DNA of 64,000 bases from Chrysomallon squamiferum (Eukaryota; Animalia; Mollusca), in assembly GCA_012295275.1 (NCBI GenBank), contig CM022678.1, positions 186,001 to 250,000 on the forward strand. The letters run 5' to 3'. The notes below the pieces were generated by a model. The model ran no database searches, had not been told where the DNA came from, and saw only the letters and a program-made list of their open reading frames with translations. Positions 13,099 through 25,941 of the stretch are shown piece by piece; the first letter of the stretch is position 1, and each line of letters starts with the position of its first letter. The position numbers were made by a program, and so were the translations under genes.

Positions 13099-13979
13099 AA
13101 TGTCTTCTAGAGAATAAGAATAATCAACCGTTTTTACACATTGGACAAAATGCCACATCCTCGCTCATACTTAACTTTTAAAAACTACAATTAACGTAAA
13201 CAGTAATTTCCTGCTGAATGGCTATGTGGAGTTCTGAAACAGACTGGGTAAACTACTACAGGACACATTTTATAAAGCACGTTACTTTCTATGAGAGCAG
13301 AGTTTTGGAATTAATAGTATGGTAAAAAAAAGTAATGTCCAAATTTTGTCACGTCCTGGCATATTTTACTTTCAAATTTCTGGTAAAATATTACGTCAGA
13401 CAAAAACTGATATGACTTACTTATAGTAGCATGTTCATTGTCTCTATAAAAGGCCAAACATCAATCTATGAAGAGAGATTTTTAGTGATTAAATAGTGAA
13501 CATGTCACCTCCTGGGTGAAATTCTTACCACAGAATGACACACCAGACTACACAGCAAACTTACACAAACTTGCACTGGCTTTAACTCTTCATCGCAATG
13601 TATTAGTTCACTAATTTTATTTGAAAATGTGGTCTGGCTCCTGTATCAGTAATTATGATTTTGAATTGAAAAGTTATAACACAATTAAATACACTGACAA
13701 ATGATTACATTAAAAATAATTACAAATGAAACTGTTCAAAATAAAATCATGTCAGAAGTAAAACTGTCTCAGGATGAAGATCAACTTTGTACGACAGGAA
13801 TTAGAAACAAAATTTAGATTTCTTCACAGCAATTATTATCTTCTTTTTTCTATTTCTGCACAATTTTAAAATGTTCTCATTAGGTAATCATCCACTTAAA
13901 GTGATAGTCTGTTTAGATAATGTTTTAAACTGAAAAAAGTTCAAGGATTTTATATCAAAATTTATTTATCTATAACTGT

Positions 13980-15404
13980 CTTTAGCACTATGCTCCAGTA
14001 ATACAAATAATTTCCCTTTGGTTACAATTTACATTTTTTATCATTCAGAGATGAATAAAGGTCATCATCGTAATAATTAACTGAAGTCAGAAGAGGAGTT
14101 TCCCATCGACTGTCTTTGACATTTACAGCCAAACCTTTTTAGTCAGCACTTCCAAAATTTCTAATTTGCAAATTCAGCTGCTGTGTTAAATAGAATTGTT
14201 ATCTTTGATTGCTAAATTTGGATGAGCTCCATGCGCCCATAAACACACAAAAATGTCCCTTTTGTTATAATCAAACCTGCAATTCATAGCTTTATCCAGA
14301 GGAGTTTCACCATTAGAATTAATAACATTTACATCAACACCTTTTTCAATCAGTGCCATCACAATTTCTGCATTTCCACATTTAGCTGCTAAGTGTAAAA
14401 CAGAATTATTATCATTGTCTGTTAAATTAAGATCAGCTCCATTTTCCAGTAAATAGAGAACTACTTGACGGTTTTCATCATTCAGATGTGGACCAAAGTA
14501 ATTTTCCTCATAATTAACAGCTGTAAAAAGAGGAGTTTCACCTCTACTGTTTTTGAAATTTACATCAACACCTTTTTCAATCAGTGCTGTCACAATTTCT
14601 ATATTTCCAGATTCAGCTGCCTTGTGTAAAATAGAATTGTTATCATTGTCTGTTAAATTAGGATCAGCTCCATTTTCCAGTAGATACAGAACTACTTGAC
14701 GGTTTTCATCATTCAGATGTGGATCAAAGCAATTTTCCTCATAATTAACAGCTGTAAAAAGAGGAGTTTCACCTCTACTGTTTTTGAAATTTACATCCAC
14801 ACCTTTTTCAATCAGTGCTGTCACAATATCTACATTTCCACATTTAGCTGCTAAGTGTAAAATAGAATTGTTATCGTTGTCTGTTAAATTAAGACCAGCT
14901 CCATGTTCCAGTAAATACAGAACTATTTGGCGATTTTCATCATTCAGATATAGATCAAAGTAATTTTCCTCATAATTAACAGCTGTAAAAAGAGGAGTTT
15001 CACCTCTACTGTTTCTGAAATTTACATCCACACCTTTTCGAATCAGTGCTGTCACAATTTCTATATTTCCACATTTAGCTGCTAAGTGTAAAATAGAATT
15101 GTTATCGTTGTCTGTTAAATTAAGATCAGCTCCATGTTCCAGTAAATACAAAACTACTTCACATTTTTCATGATTCAGAGATGGATTATATTCACTTTCA
15201 TCACAATTAACAGCTGTAAAAAGAGGAGTTTCACCTCTACTGTTTTTCATATTTACATCCAAACCTTTTTCAATCAGTGCTATCACAATTTCTGTATATC
15301 CATATTTAGCTGCTAAGTGTAAAATAGAATTGTTATCATTGCCTGTTAAATTAGGATCAGCTCCATGCGCCCATAAACACAAAACAATTTCCCTTTTCCT
15401 ACAA
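13980..15404 (-). pseudogene. Out-of-frame continuation of the copy B ankyrin array (5 intact two-ankyrin units plus 1 decayed unit)
   Basis: ORF 14186-15457 continues the same 77-aa unit in another frame after a net 5-nt deletion at about 15417. Beyond the stop at 14186 a frameshifted unit (EILEVLTKK...ETPLLTSVNYYDDD) is still recognisable. Confidence 0.85.
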
Positions 15405-17430
15405 TCAAACCTGTAACCCTTTATCCAGAGGAGTCTCACCACTGGAATTAATAACATTTACATCAACACCTTTTTCAGTCAGCGCCATCACAATTTCTGT
15501 ATTTCCACATTCAGCTGCTAAGTGTAAAACAGAATTGTTATCATTGTCTGTTAAATTAAGATCAGCTCCATGTTCCAGTAAATAAAAAGCTATTTTACAT
15601 TTTTCCTCATTCAGATATGGATCAAAGTAATTTTCCACATAATTAACAGCTATAAAAAGAGGAGTCTTACCTTGACTGTTTTTCAGATTTACATCAACAC
15701 CTTTTTCAATCAGTGCCATCACAATTTCTATATTTCCAGATTCAGCTGCTAAGTGTAAAACAGAATTGTTATCATTGTCTGTTAAATTAGGATCAGCTCC
15801 ATGTTCGAGTAAGAAATAGACTACTTTACATATTTCATCATTCAGAGATGGATTATATTCATCTTCCTCATAATTAACAGCTTTTAAAAGAGGAGTTTCA
15901 CCTTTATTGTTTTTAATATTTTCGTCAACACCTTTTTCAATCAGTGCTGTCACAATTTCTATATTTCCACATTCAGCTGCTACGTGTAAAACAGAATTGT
16001 TATCTTTGTCTGTTAAGTTATGATCAGCTCCATGTTCCAGTAAATACAAAACTACTTCACATTTGTTACGATTCAGAGATGTATTATATTCACCTTCATC
16101 ATAATTAACAGATGTAAGAAGAGGAGTTTCACCTTTATTGTTTTTAATATTTACATTCACACCTTTTTCAATCACTGCTTTCAGAACACCAACATTTCCA
16201 CAGTTAGCTGCTAAGTGTAAAACAGAATTGTTATCATTGTCTGTTAAGTTAGGATCAGCTCCATGTTCCAGTAAATACAAAACTATTTCGCTGTCACAGG
16301 AGTATATTCGACGACTGCAAAAATCATCTATGTAGTAATTCAGAGCTGTAAAAAGAGGAGTTTCACCTTTATTGTTTTGAATATTGACATGCACACCTTT
16401 TTCATACACTGCTGTCACAATTTTTATGTCTCCATGTTCAGCTGCTAAGTGCAAAACAGAATTGTTATCACTGTCAGTTAAATTAGGATCAGCTCCATGT
16501 TCCAGTAAATACAAAACTACTTTACATTTTTCATCAGTCAGAAATGGATGAAAGTGATCTGCATCACAATTAACAGCTGCAAAAAGAGGAGTTTCACCAC
16601 TCCTGTTTTTCATATTTACATCAAAGCCTTTTTCAATCAGTGCTGTCACAATTTCTATATTTCCATACTTAGCTGATAGGTGTAAAACAGAATTGTCATC
16701 ATTCTGTATTAAATTAGGATCAGCTCCATGTTCCAGTAAACAAAACATTACCTTACATTTTTCATCATTAACTGATGAATCATATTCATGTCCATCATAT
16801 TTAAGAGCTAAAGCAAGAGGAGTTTCACCTCTGTTGTTTTTTATATTTACATCAACACCTTTTTCAATCAGTGCTGTCACAATTTTAATACTTGCACATT
16901 TAACTGTTAAGTGTAAAACAGAATTGTTATCACTGTCAGTTAAATTAGGATCAGCTCCATGTTCCAGTAAATACAAAACTGCTTTCAATTTTTCATCATT
17001 TACAAATGGATCAAGCTCATCTTCATCATAATTAACAGATGTAAAAAGAGGAGTTTCACCTCTACAGTTTCTAACATTTACATCCAAACCATTTTGAATC
17101 AGTGCTGCCACAATTTCAATATTTCCTTGATAAGCTGCTAAGTGTAAAACAGAATTGCTATCATCATCTGTTAAATTAGGATCAGCTCCATGTTCCAGTA
17201 AATACAAAACTGCTTTCAATTTTTCATCATTTACAAATGGATCAAGCTCATCTTCATCATAATTAACAGATGTAAAAAGAGGAGTTTCACCTCTACAGTT
17301 TCTAACATTTACATCCAAACCATTTTGAATCAGTGCTGCCACAATTTCAATATTTCCTTGATAAGCTGCTAAGTGTAAAACAGAATTGCTATCATCATCT
17401 GTTAAATTAGGATCAGCTCCATGTTCCAGT
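13980..17430 (-). repeat. Coding tandem array of ~231-bp (77-aa) two-ankyrin units, ~15 units
   Basis: Recurring HGADPNLTDxDNNSVLHLAA...GETPLFTAVNY[loop]VVLYLLE; a near-perfect duplicate pair is spaced 231 bp apart (17001 versus 17232). Confidence 0.92.
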
Positions 17431-20400
17431 AAATACAAAACAACTTCATTCTGTTTAAGTGCAACAGCTTTAAAAAGATGACTGTTTATAATATTTACAT
17501 CCATACCCTTTTCAATCAGTGCAGTCACAATTTCTTTAATTCCATGTTCAATTGCTAGGTTTAAAACAGAATTGTTATAAGTTTTTGTTAAATTAAGATC
17601 AGCTCCTTGTTTCAGTAAGTATAAAGCTATTTCTGGTCTGTCATGATATAAAGACAAAAGAAGAGGAGTTTCCCCTTTAGTGTTAATTACATTTATATCA
17701 ACACCCTTTTGTGTTACTTTTTTCACCACATCTATGTCAATTTGAGATGCTATGTGCAGTGCTGAATTCTTTCCTTTATCTGTTATATCAGTATCAGCAC
17801 CACTTTCCAGTAACAACAAAGCTACTTCCTTTCTGTGTGTCACTGCTTTTACAGTTTCATGAAGTGGAGTTCTTCCCTCACTGTTTACTGCATTAACATC
17901 AGCATTTCTGTCTATCAGTGATTTTGTCATATATAAGTCACCACGCTGAACTGAAAAGTGGAGAGCTGTGTCTGAAGGCAACAGTTTCAAACAAGGTCTA
18001 TGTTTAAGCAACTGTTTCAATATAATTTGCTTTTCAAAGAACTGAATCAATTTCTCTTTGACAGCTACATTCACATTAGGATCAGCACCTTTATCAAGAA
18101 GGCACTGAACAACATCTACACCGTTAAACATCACAGCTACTTTCAGTACTTCACTTTTCTTCCAGTTGTTCTCATCTGTATCATTTCGTCTCTGCTCAAT
18201 GAGAAAATGCACTGTATCAGTAGATCCCCACATTGCTGCTGCTAAAAGTACTTTATCTCTGTTCTCATCATTTAAACAATCAGGTTTCAGTTTTACTATT
18301 TCTTTAATAACATCTGAATTACTCTGACCAGCTGCAATATTAGCAATATATTTAATTTTGTTTATTATATCATTGGTAACCAGCTTCTTAAATAGATGTA
18401 TGACAGAGTTTTTAAAACTTATGTAACTTACTTTTCTATGGAACTTAACCAATAACAGTTTCACAGCTTTTTCTTTGACTTCCTTGTTGTTTTTCTCTTT
18501 GTTTATCATGTCAGCCAACAGACAGGCAATGTTCATGTTATCTGAATAAATAGAAAGACATAACAAGTGGGAAAACAGAGTCAACTTCATCTCCTTTTTA
18601 TACTGTAACAATTGTTTCAGTATGGTAGCACTGTCTGTTTTTGAACATGCTGCTGCACTGAATGTATCAAATGTTGGAATGACACCTGATTCTAGCAAAA
18701 GTTTCACAACATATTCATCACCAAACAAACAAGAAATATCCAAAAGTTCTTTTTTCAGATATGTGTATTTCATTTTACATAGATTTTCTGCCAAAAATCT
18801 TGACAATGTCCTTAGTCCATTAACAATACACTCACTTGGAACAGATGTTGAATTTATTAATTTCTTTTCAACTTTTAAATCACTATCAAGAAGAGATGGT
18901 CTATTGCTGAATATTTCATTAGCAATGTTTATATATATGAATGATACATAAACAGTTTGAAAGTTTTTTTCAGAAACATCTATAAATTGTCTCCGAAATA
19001 CATCTTGATGAATTCCACGTAGTCTTTGATGCAGTATTTCAGGTGTTTTGCCATAAAAGTGTTTTTCCTCTGTCATATACTTCACAAACTCTTCATCTTT
19101 CAGTGACGGATGTGAAATAATTTTTCTGAAATTGTCTGATGCCAGCAAATCAGTAAATCTGCGAGCAAGAACATCAAAGCAGTCAGGTGTCACAGTCATT
19201 GTAATGTGACTTTTGTTAGACACTCCAGGTGTCACAACATATTCTAACAACATGGAGACAGGGCACACTTCTAGCAACTCTGCTGCTTTCTCTGGAAAGT
19301 CTGATGAAAAGATCAGAAACACAGAGTCAAACATTGACTGATGAATAAATGTGTATTTATTGTCACAGCAGTTCAAGTAGGTACCGCACATTACATCAGC
19401 TGTTTTCTTTATATCTGTGAGATCTGTGTTTTTTACACTCTGACAGACTCGCTCTAGCAGCCTTATTAATTTCATTATTTCACTGTCAGTGTCATTTTTA
19501 AATGGGTCCAGTGAATCAATGTTGAGACTGCCTTGCTGAAACATGATCAGCAGTAGAACCAGGTAATTAATCTGTGAAGATTTATCATTTTTCAAATTTT
19601 CCAGCCCTTGTCTCAGATAGTCTACAGGTTTCTCAAAAAACTTGACTCCTCTTTTTTGTGCATCACTTGAAGTAACATAATAAACACACACCTGAGGAAA
19701 TCCTAACTCTTTACATGAATTGCAAATAACACAACACCTTATATCAGTTTTATCCATTGTAACATTCTTTTGTTCAAGGTATCTGTTTAGAATTTCTTCT
19801 TTTTCATCATCATCCAGACAACAATCATCACTCTGCAGACCAAGAACATGTTTCTCCTTAAACAGACCAAATTCCTTCAAACTAGTTTCACTTTCTGAAA
19901 ATATTTGTTTTCTTAAAGTAATAATGCATTTCAGAGAACCTTCCTGAACAAGATTCCAGATCACTGGAAATTTGAGTTTCCATGATTCTATAAAATCTGA
20001 AACAAGATTAGTCTTACCAAATATATCATCAATGAGAACAACACATTTCTTATTTTCAGATAGAGAGATGCCACTGAAACCAGTGTGATGAGTCAGCAAG
20101 TAAGATTCTCTTTTTTCTTCATTTTCTATCTGTCTCATCATTCTCAAAGCAAGAGTTGTCTTTCCTGAACCTGGACTTCCTACTACAATCACAACACCGT
20201 TCTGCTTCAAAAGTTCAACACCTCTTTTCTCTGCTCTTGTTTCAACATAGACTCTCCAGTCAACTGAGTTTAACACTGACCTGGTACACTCTGTATCACA
20301 GCATTAAAAAACAAACCATCTATTATTAATTATTTTGAACATATTTTACCATTTAGATATAAAAAATATAATTTTTAACTGGGTATCAGAGGTGAACTTC

Positions 20401-20542
20401 TTAAAAGAAAAATGCAATAGTTTGTTTCATAAGTTGAGTTCAGCAGAATTTAATGAAGCTAAAACGTTGTCACAATTTTAGATGGTGTAAAAGTAACGAG
20501 ATGATTATTTTGTTATTTATGAATATCTTTGGAAATTGTACA

Positions 20543-20582
<40 letters not shown>

Positions 20583-23500
20583 TACCTTTGATATTGGATG
20601 CTTTCACATCAGTCTTTGCTGAAATAGTATAATAATAAAACAAGTAAGTTTGTGTTATTGATGATAAGTAAAAGAAATGATTAAAGTGATCTGTACAATT
20701 ACTCTGCATTTTATTAATCAGTAAACATATAACATTATTATTAAATCTTTGTTATTTATTTTACTACAGTTTTTACTACTATTACTAAAACTACTGCTGT
20801 TGTTTCTTATCACTAATGCTATTTATTGTTATTGTTTATATTATTATTACTATTATTACAATTATTATTATTATTATTATTGTTGTTGTTGTACCTTCTT
20901 GTGTATATTAGTATCCACATATAATAATAATAATGACAGGTAGATAGTCTTGTTTAATTCATGTATATATTAACAGTTTAAGATTAAACTCTAGTTCAGT
21001 TCAGCATACATAAACTGTGTCACTGTCTGAACATATTTGTGTGTGTGCAATGCATATCTGCATATATACATGTGTGTGTATGTATGTGTTCAGTGTAAGT
21101 GTTATATAGGTATATATTTAAATATGTTGTATATATTGGGTATATATCTGTATGAGCATCTTACTCTGTTGTTCAGGTCACAATGATAGAAATGTACTAA
21201 TGACTACTGTGGTGTGTATTCTGTTATTTATTAAGCAGGTAGAAAAAAGGAAACTTTCAGTTTTTAACTTACTGGTGTTAATAACTTGATTTCCAAACAC
21301 AACATTCCTACAATTAGACACAGCCTGGTAAGTCTGAACTGTGCTGATGTTTACACTGTGCTCTACCACTGGTTGAGTTCTTCCAGTATCTTTGTAAACA
21401 GAGCAAAATAAATTATTTAAATTAACAATTTAAAATAATAATTTCTAAAAACAATATATCTACTTGTAGAGATATGTCACTGTACACTATGCAGTCTGTC
21501 CTAACAGTATTTCTGAATATAACAATACATTTTTTTTTTTTTTTAAATATGTATAATATTGTTATGAATATAAAAGAAAAAATTGTCACGTTTCAAAGCC
21601 TAACAAAAATTAAACCAAAATATAAACACGAATTGAAATATTTCATTATTAAAGATACAAATAATTGTGTCGTACTCTCTGAGGAAGACATATCTGTAAC
21701 GTTAGATGAAATTTGTGAACTCTTTTTTCTGTCTTTCATGTTGGTTGAGCTGTAAAAAATAATATAATGATTTTCAAAACAGAAGAAAGAAAAACAAAAA
21801 TGTTCAATGTATTCTATTCACTGCTACATAAGATTAAGCAAAATTCAGATTAAAACAAATTGAAAAAAAAAATGAAACCCACTTCATGGTATATTCTTTC
21901 TCATGAACAACAAGTGATATTTCATTTCAACCTACCCACAGACAGTACATACACTGCTAAAATGAAAATTGCTTTTGTTCCATAAATATATTCCTGAAAT
22001 ATTGTTATAAAATATCAGAAGCTAAATAAGTTTTAATAAATGTCCTCATTTTCTAAACAGTGATGAGATTGTTATATAAAAATAGTCATGAAAAGACAAT
22101 TAACACCTCACTGCTAATGAGAAAACTTGATACTGTTGTAATTAATTACTCTTACATCATATTATAATCAGTTCATTCGAAACATTTTCTAACAATTAAC
22201 TCATAACTATCACAAAGCATTTGTACGATGTTTTCTAAGTAGCAGTTTTGTAAATATAATAACTGTTCCAATAGTTATATTATCTGATACCTTAGTTTCA
22301 AAGTAAATGTAATAATTATCACAATATATGTACTATTTATAACAGTTTTATAATAAATATAATAATTATATAAATACTCATGAAAACAATTTTAACAGTG
22401 TTGTTACTTCATTTTATTGCTTTTTTTCCTCTTTTCATGGGATGGTGATTCACCACTAGGGCCAGGTTCTGGGTCTGGGTTGCTGTGTTTCTCAGCTGTT
22501 CTGCTGCTTTGTCGAAGCGACATCGTCAACCTGAAACACACAGATTTACTAGTGCTATTCCAAGTTTACCTAACCATTGCACATATACATGAAAGCAATA
22601 CATTTCACTAAAATCACTGAAAATAACTAAATCTGTGAGATGTAAGAAAAGTCATACATAAAACACACATGTTGATCAGCCTGCATACATGAAGGAAAGA
22701 TGAAAACAAATTTTAAACATTCAACAGCAAAAACACAGGTAAAACTCAATTACATAAGTCAATTTTATCTTATTTACTGTGTGCACACACTTTCATGTTT
22801 GATTTTCATTCATGCATATTATTTCTTGAAAAAGCATCTCTGGTAACATCATTTTAAATAATAATCTACAAAACAATCACAGCTGAATAAGTTCACATAG
22901 TTCTCGGTTCAGATTTATGCAGAACATCATATAAATAATACTACTAGAATCAATTCCACTCTTAGTGTTGTCTGTCCTCTTACTTTGTCATATAAGCAAT
23001 ACAAATATAAATATAACATGTGAACAGTTTTACCAAGTTATATTCTCACTTAGCTATACACTTAGTTTTGTGGATTGTACTAAATTATTTTATATAAACA
23101 AAACAAATATAAATGTAACGTGAACACTTTTACTAAGTTATACTTTAAAGTTTTGTCAACTGTACTAAATTATGTTATAAAAATATAAATATAATTGTAT
23201 TCTTACTTATCAATATAACATAACATGTGAACAGTTTGACCAAGTTGTATTCTTGGTTTTGTGGATTCTACTAAATTATGTTAAGTATGTTACAGGCTGA
23301 TTTTTAATCTGTCACTGACCATATTTCATGAGGATGCCACACATATTCATATCTCAAAATGTGGACTTCTTTCCTTTAGTCAGAATGGGTGATGTGTGCA
23401 AGTTGTTCAGTTTGAAGTGTCTGACAGAAAAGTAGTAATAACAACCTGATGTGTTTTCTGTTATATATAAAACATGTAGAGAAAAAGAAAAGTTTCAGTT

Positions 23501-25941
23501 TTCAACTTGCAAATTAAATTATCTTCTACTCCTAAATGAACATTTGCACAGCAAGATATAAGATTCACTGTTTGTCGTACAAGCTGTATTATTTTATTAA
23601 ATTTATAACTCACAAGCTTATTTTTGTTTTTAAATGTTTGTATCTGTAAGGACAGCATACAGTATTAATACAATCTATTATTTGTTAAAAGTATTACTAA
23701 ATATAACAATATATGGTTTAAAAAATGTTTTATCTGATTAAGTGTAGGTGTATGAAATATACATTACTTTACAGTTTTAAAATGTATAACAGAAAAACAA
23801 GAATAATTATAATAGTCATGATGAAATAATCAAACAGTAACCAGTGTGTGTTTTGCTTTACTGTGAAACAAAAAGGCCACAGAGACTTTAAATTGCTAAT
23901 TCATTATCAATATAAATTGAAAAAGTTTCAATTTAGTAATTCCGAAGATAGAATAAACAATATATTGAAAAAAGTGTATTGTTCCAAATGTAAACAATAC
24001 TATTGTCAGTTTAGAATGTATCATTAATAAAGTAAACAATATATTGAAATATACTATTATTGCAAATACCAAAATTATTTTTTCTCTTTATAATTTTCTA
24101 TCAAAAGTAAACAGTATTTTGAAATATTGAAATTTTGTCATCAGAATTCAGTTAAATAAGTGATAAAGAACTTTGTCTTATTGAAAGTGCGGACACACTT
24201 TCATCTTTGATTTTCAAACCTCACGCATATTATTTCTTGAAGAAACATTTTTCAGTTGAGATATAACATAATTTGTAAATAATAATGTTTAAAACGTAGA
24301 ACAATCACAGATGAGTCACTTCACAGTTCAGGATTCAGATTCATGCATGGATTCATATAAATAACATTAGAATCAATCTCAATCAATCTTAGTCTTGTCT
24401 GTCTTATTAGTGAAATATGCTACATAAGCAATAAAATTATAATTTCTCATTAGTTTTACTAAGTTATAATTCTTTGTTTTGTCAGTGTACTAAATTATGT
24501 TGCAAAAATAATGCATAAATATAACTTCTGAATATTTTCACCAAGTTATATTTTTACTTATCAAAATAACATATCATGTGAATAGTTTTACTAAGTTATA
24601 TTCTTAGTTTTGTCAACTGTACTAAATTATGTTATATGATACTCATAGTGATACTGTAGCTTTGTATACTGTAGTTTTTATTTTTTTAATGAAAATAAAT
24701 TACAATTTTTTTTTTTAAATAATAAAAGGCTAATATTAATATGAGGATTTTTTAATACAAAAATGGATATGAAAGCAGTGTTCACAATGCTGTTGATAAA
24801 AAAAACTTTGTAATTAATTACCTTGTTTCGGATTTCTTTTTTTTCTTGTTCTGATGTGGTGATGGGCTGACAGGGCCAGGTTCTGTGTCTGTGTTGCTGT
24901 GTTTCTCAGCTGTTCTTCTGCTTTGTTGAATAGTCAACCTGAAACACACATATTTACTACTGCTATTCCAAGTTTACCTGAACATTACAAAGATATATGA
25001 AAGCTATCAACAGAACATTTCTCTAAAATCACTGAAAATTACTAATTCTGTGAGATTTAACTAAAGTCTGTGAAAATTACTGCATTGACATTATTTTAGA
25101 TTTGGTGACATCAACTTTCCATTTAATGTATTTTTCATACATAAAACACATATGTTGATCAGCCTGATACATGAAGAAAAGATGAAAACAAATTTTAAAC
25201 ACTTAACAGCAATAACACAGGTAAAATTCAGTTAAATAAGTGTCAACTTTATCTTATTTACTGTGTGTACACACTTTCATGTTTGATTTTCATTCATGCT
25301 AATTATTTCTTGAAAAAGCATCTCTGGTAACATAATTTTAAATAATAATCTTCAAAACAATCACAGCTGAATGAGTTCACATAGTTCATGGTTCAGATTT
25401 ATGCACAACATCATATAAATAATACTACTAGAATCAATTTCACTCTTTGTTTTGTCTGTCCTCTTACTAACTTTGTCATATAAACAATACAAATATAAAT
25501 ATAACATGTGAACAGTTTTATCAAGTTATATTCTCACTTAGCTATACACTTAGTTTTGTGGATTGTACTAAATTATTTTATATAAACAAAACAAATACTT
25601 ATCAAAATAACATAACAGGTAAATAGTTTTACTAAGTTATATTCTTAGTTTTGTCAACTGTACTAAATTATGTTATATGATACTCATAGTGATACTGTAG
25701 CTTTGTGTACTGTAGTTTTTATTTTTTTTATAAAAATAAATTATAAAAATATTTTTTTTATACAAAAATGGATATGAAAGCAGTGATCACAATGCTGTTG
25801 ATAAAAAAACTTTGTAATTAATTACCTTGTTTTGGATTTCTTTTTTTTCTTGTTCTGAGGTGGTGATGGGCTGACTGGGCCAGGTTCTGTGTCTGTGTTG
25901 CTGTGTTTCTCAGCTGTTATTCTGCTTTGTTGAAGAGACAT
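15405..25941 (-). CDS. NLR-like STAND NTPase (nSTAND3-like) with ankyrin repeats, copy B; predicted 1810 aa from 6 exons
   Basis: Exons 25826-25941, 24822-24938, 22408-22530, 21676-21749, 21273-21389 and 15405-20290 all have AG/GT sites, sum to 5433 nt and read through without a stop. Walker A GSPGSGKT, Walker B VLIDDIFG, sensor-1-like IITLR, GxP (GFPQ) and winged-helix-like FIHQS motifs are followed by many ankyrin repeats (GETPL, SVLHLAA, GADPN). The large exon is certain; use of the upstream exons is inferred. Confidence 0.85.
21273..21389 (-). CDS. Symmetric phase 1-1 exon with RHIM/cRHIM-like motif, copy B (TGRTQPVVEHSVNISTVQTYQAVSNCRNVVFGNQVINT)
   Basis: 117 bp, canonical splice sites, in frame with the phase-1 acceptor at 20290. 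Confidence 0.75.

Larger units (their letters stand above)
11297..13541. mobile_element. Putative non-autonomous DNA transposon with internal tandem arrays (possibly Sola2-like)
   Basis: Imperfect terminal inverted repeat GGGCCATTCCATGGTA versus revcomp GTGTCATTCTGTGGTA (12/16). Motif tgtcacgtcctgg recurs near 11622, 13347 and 13503 and, inverted, in each 93-bp unit. No clear target-site duplication. Confidence 0.4.

Noticed and set aside
15405-20290. Prokaryotic antiviral STAND (Avs) system or bacterial contamination
   Set aside because: The gene has spliceosomal introns with microsatellites and an animal BTB-BACK-PHR neighbour; there is no operon structure.
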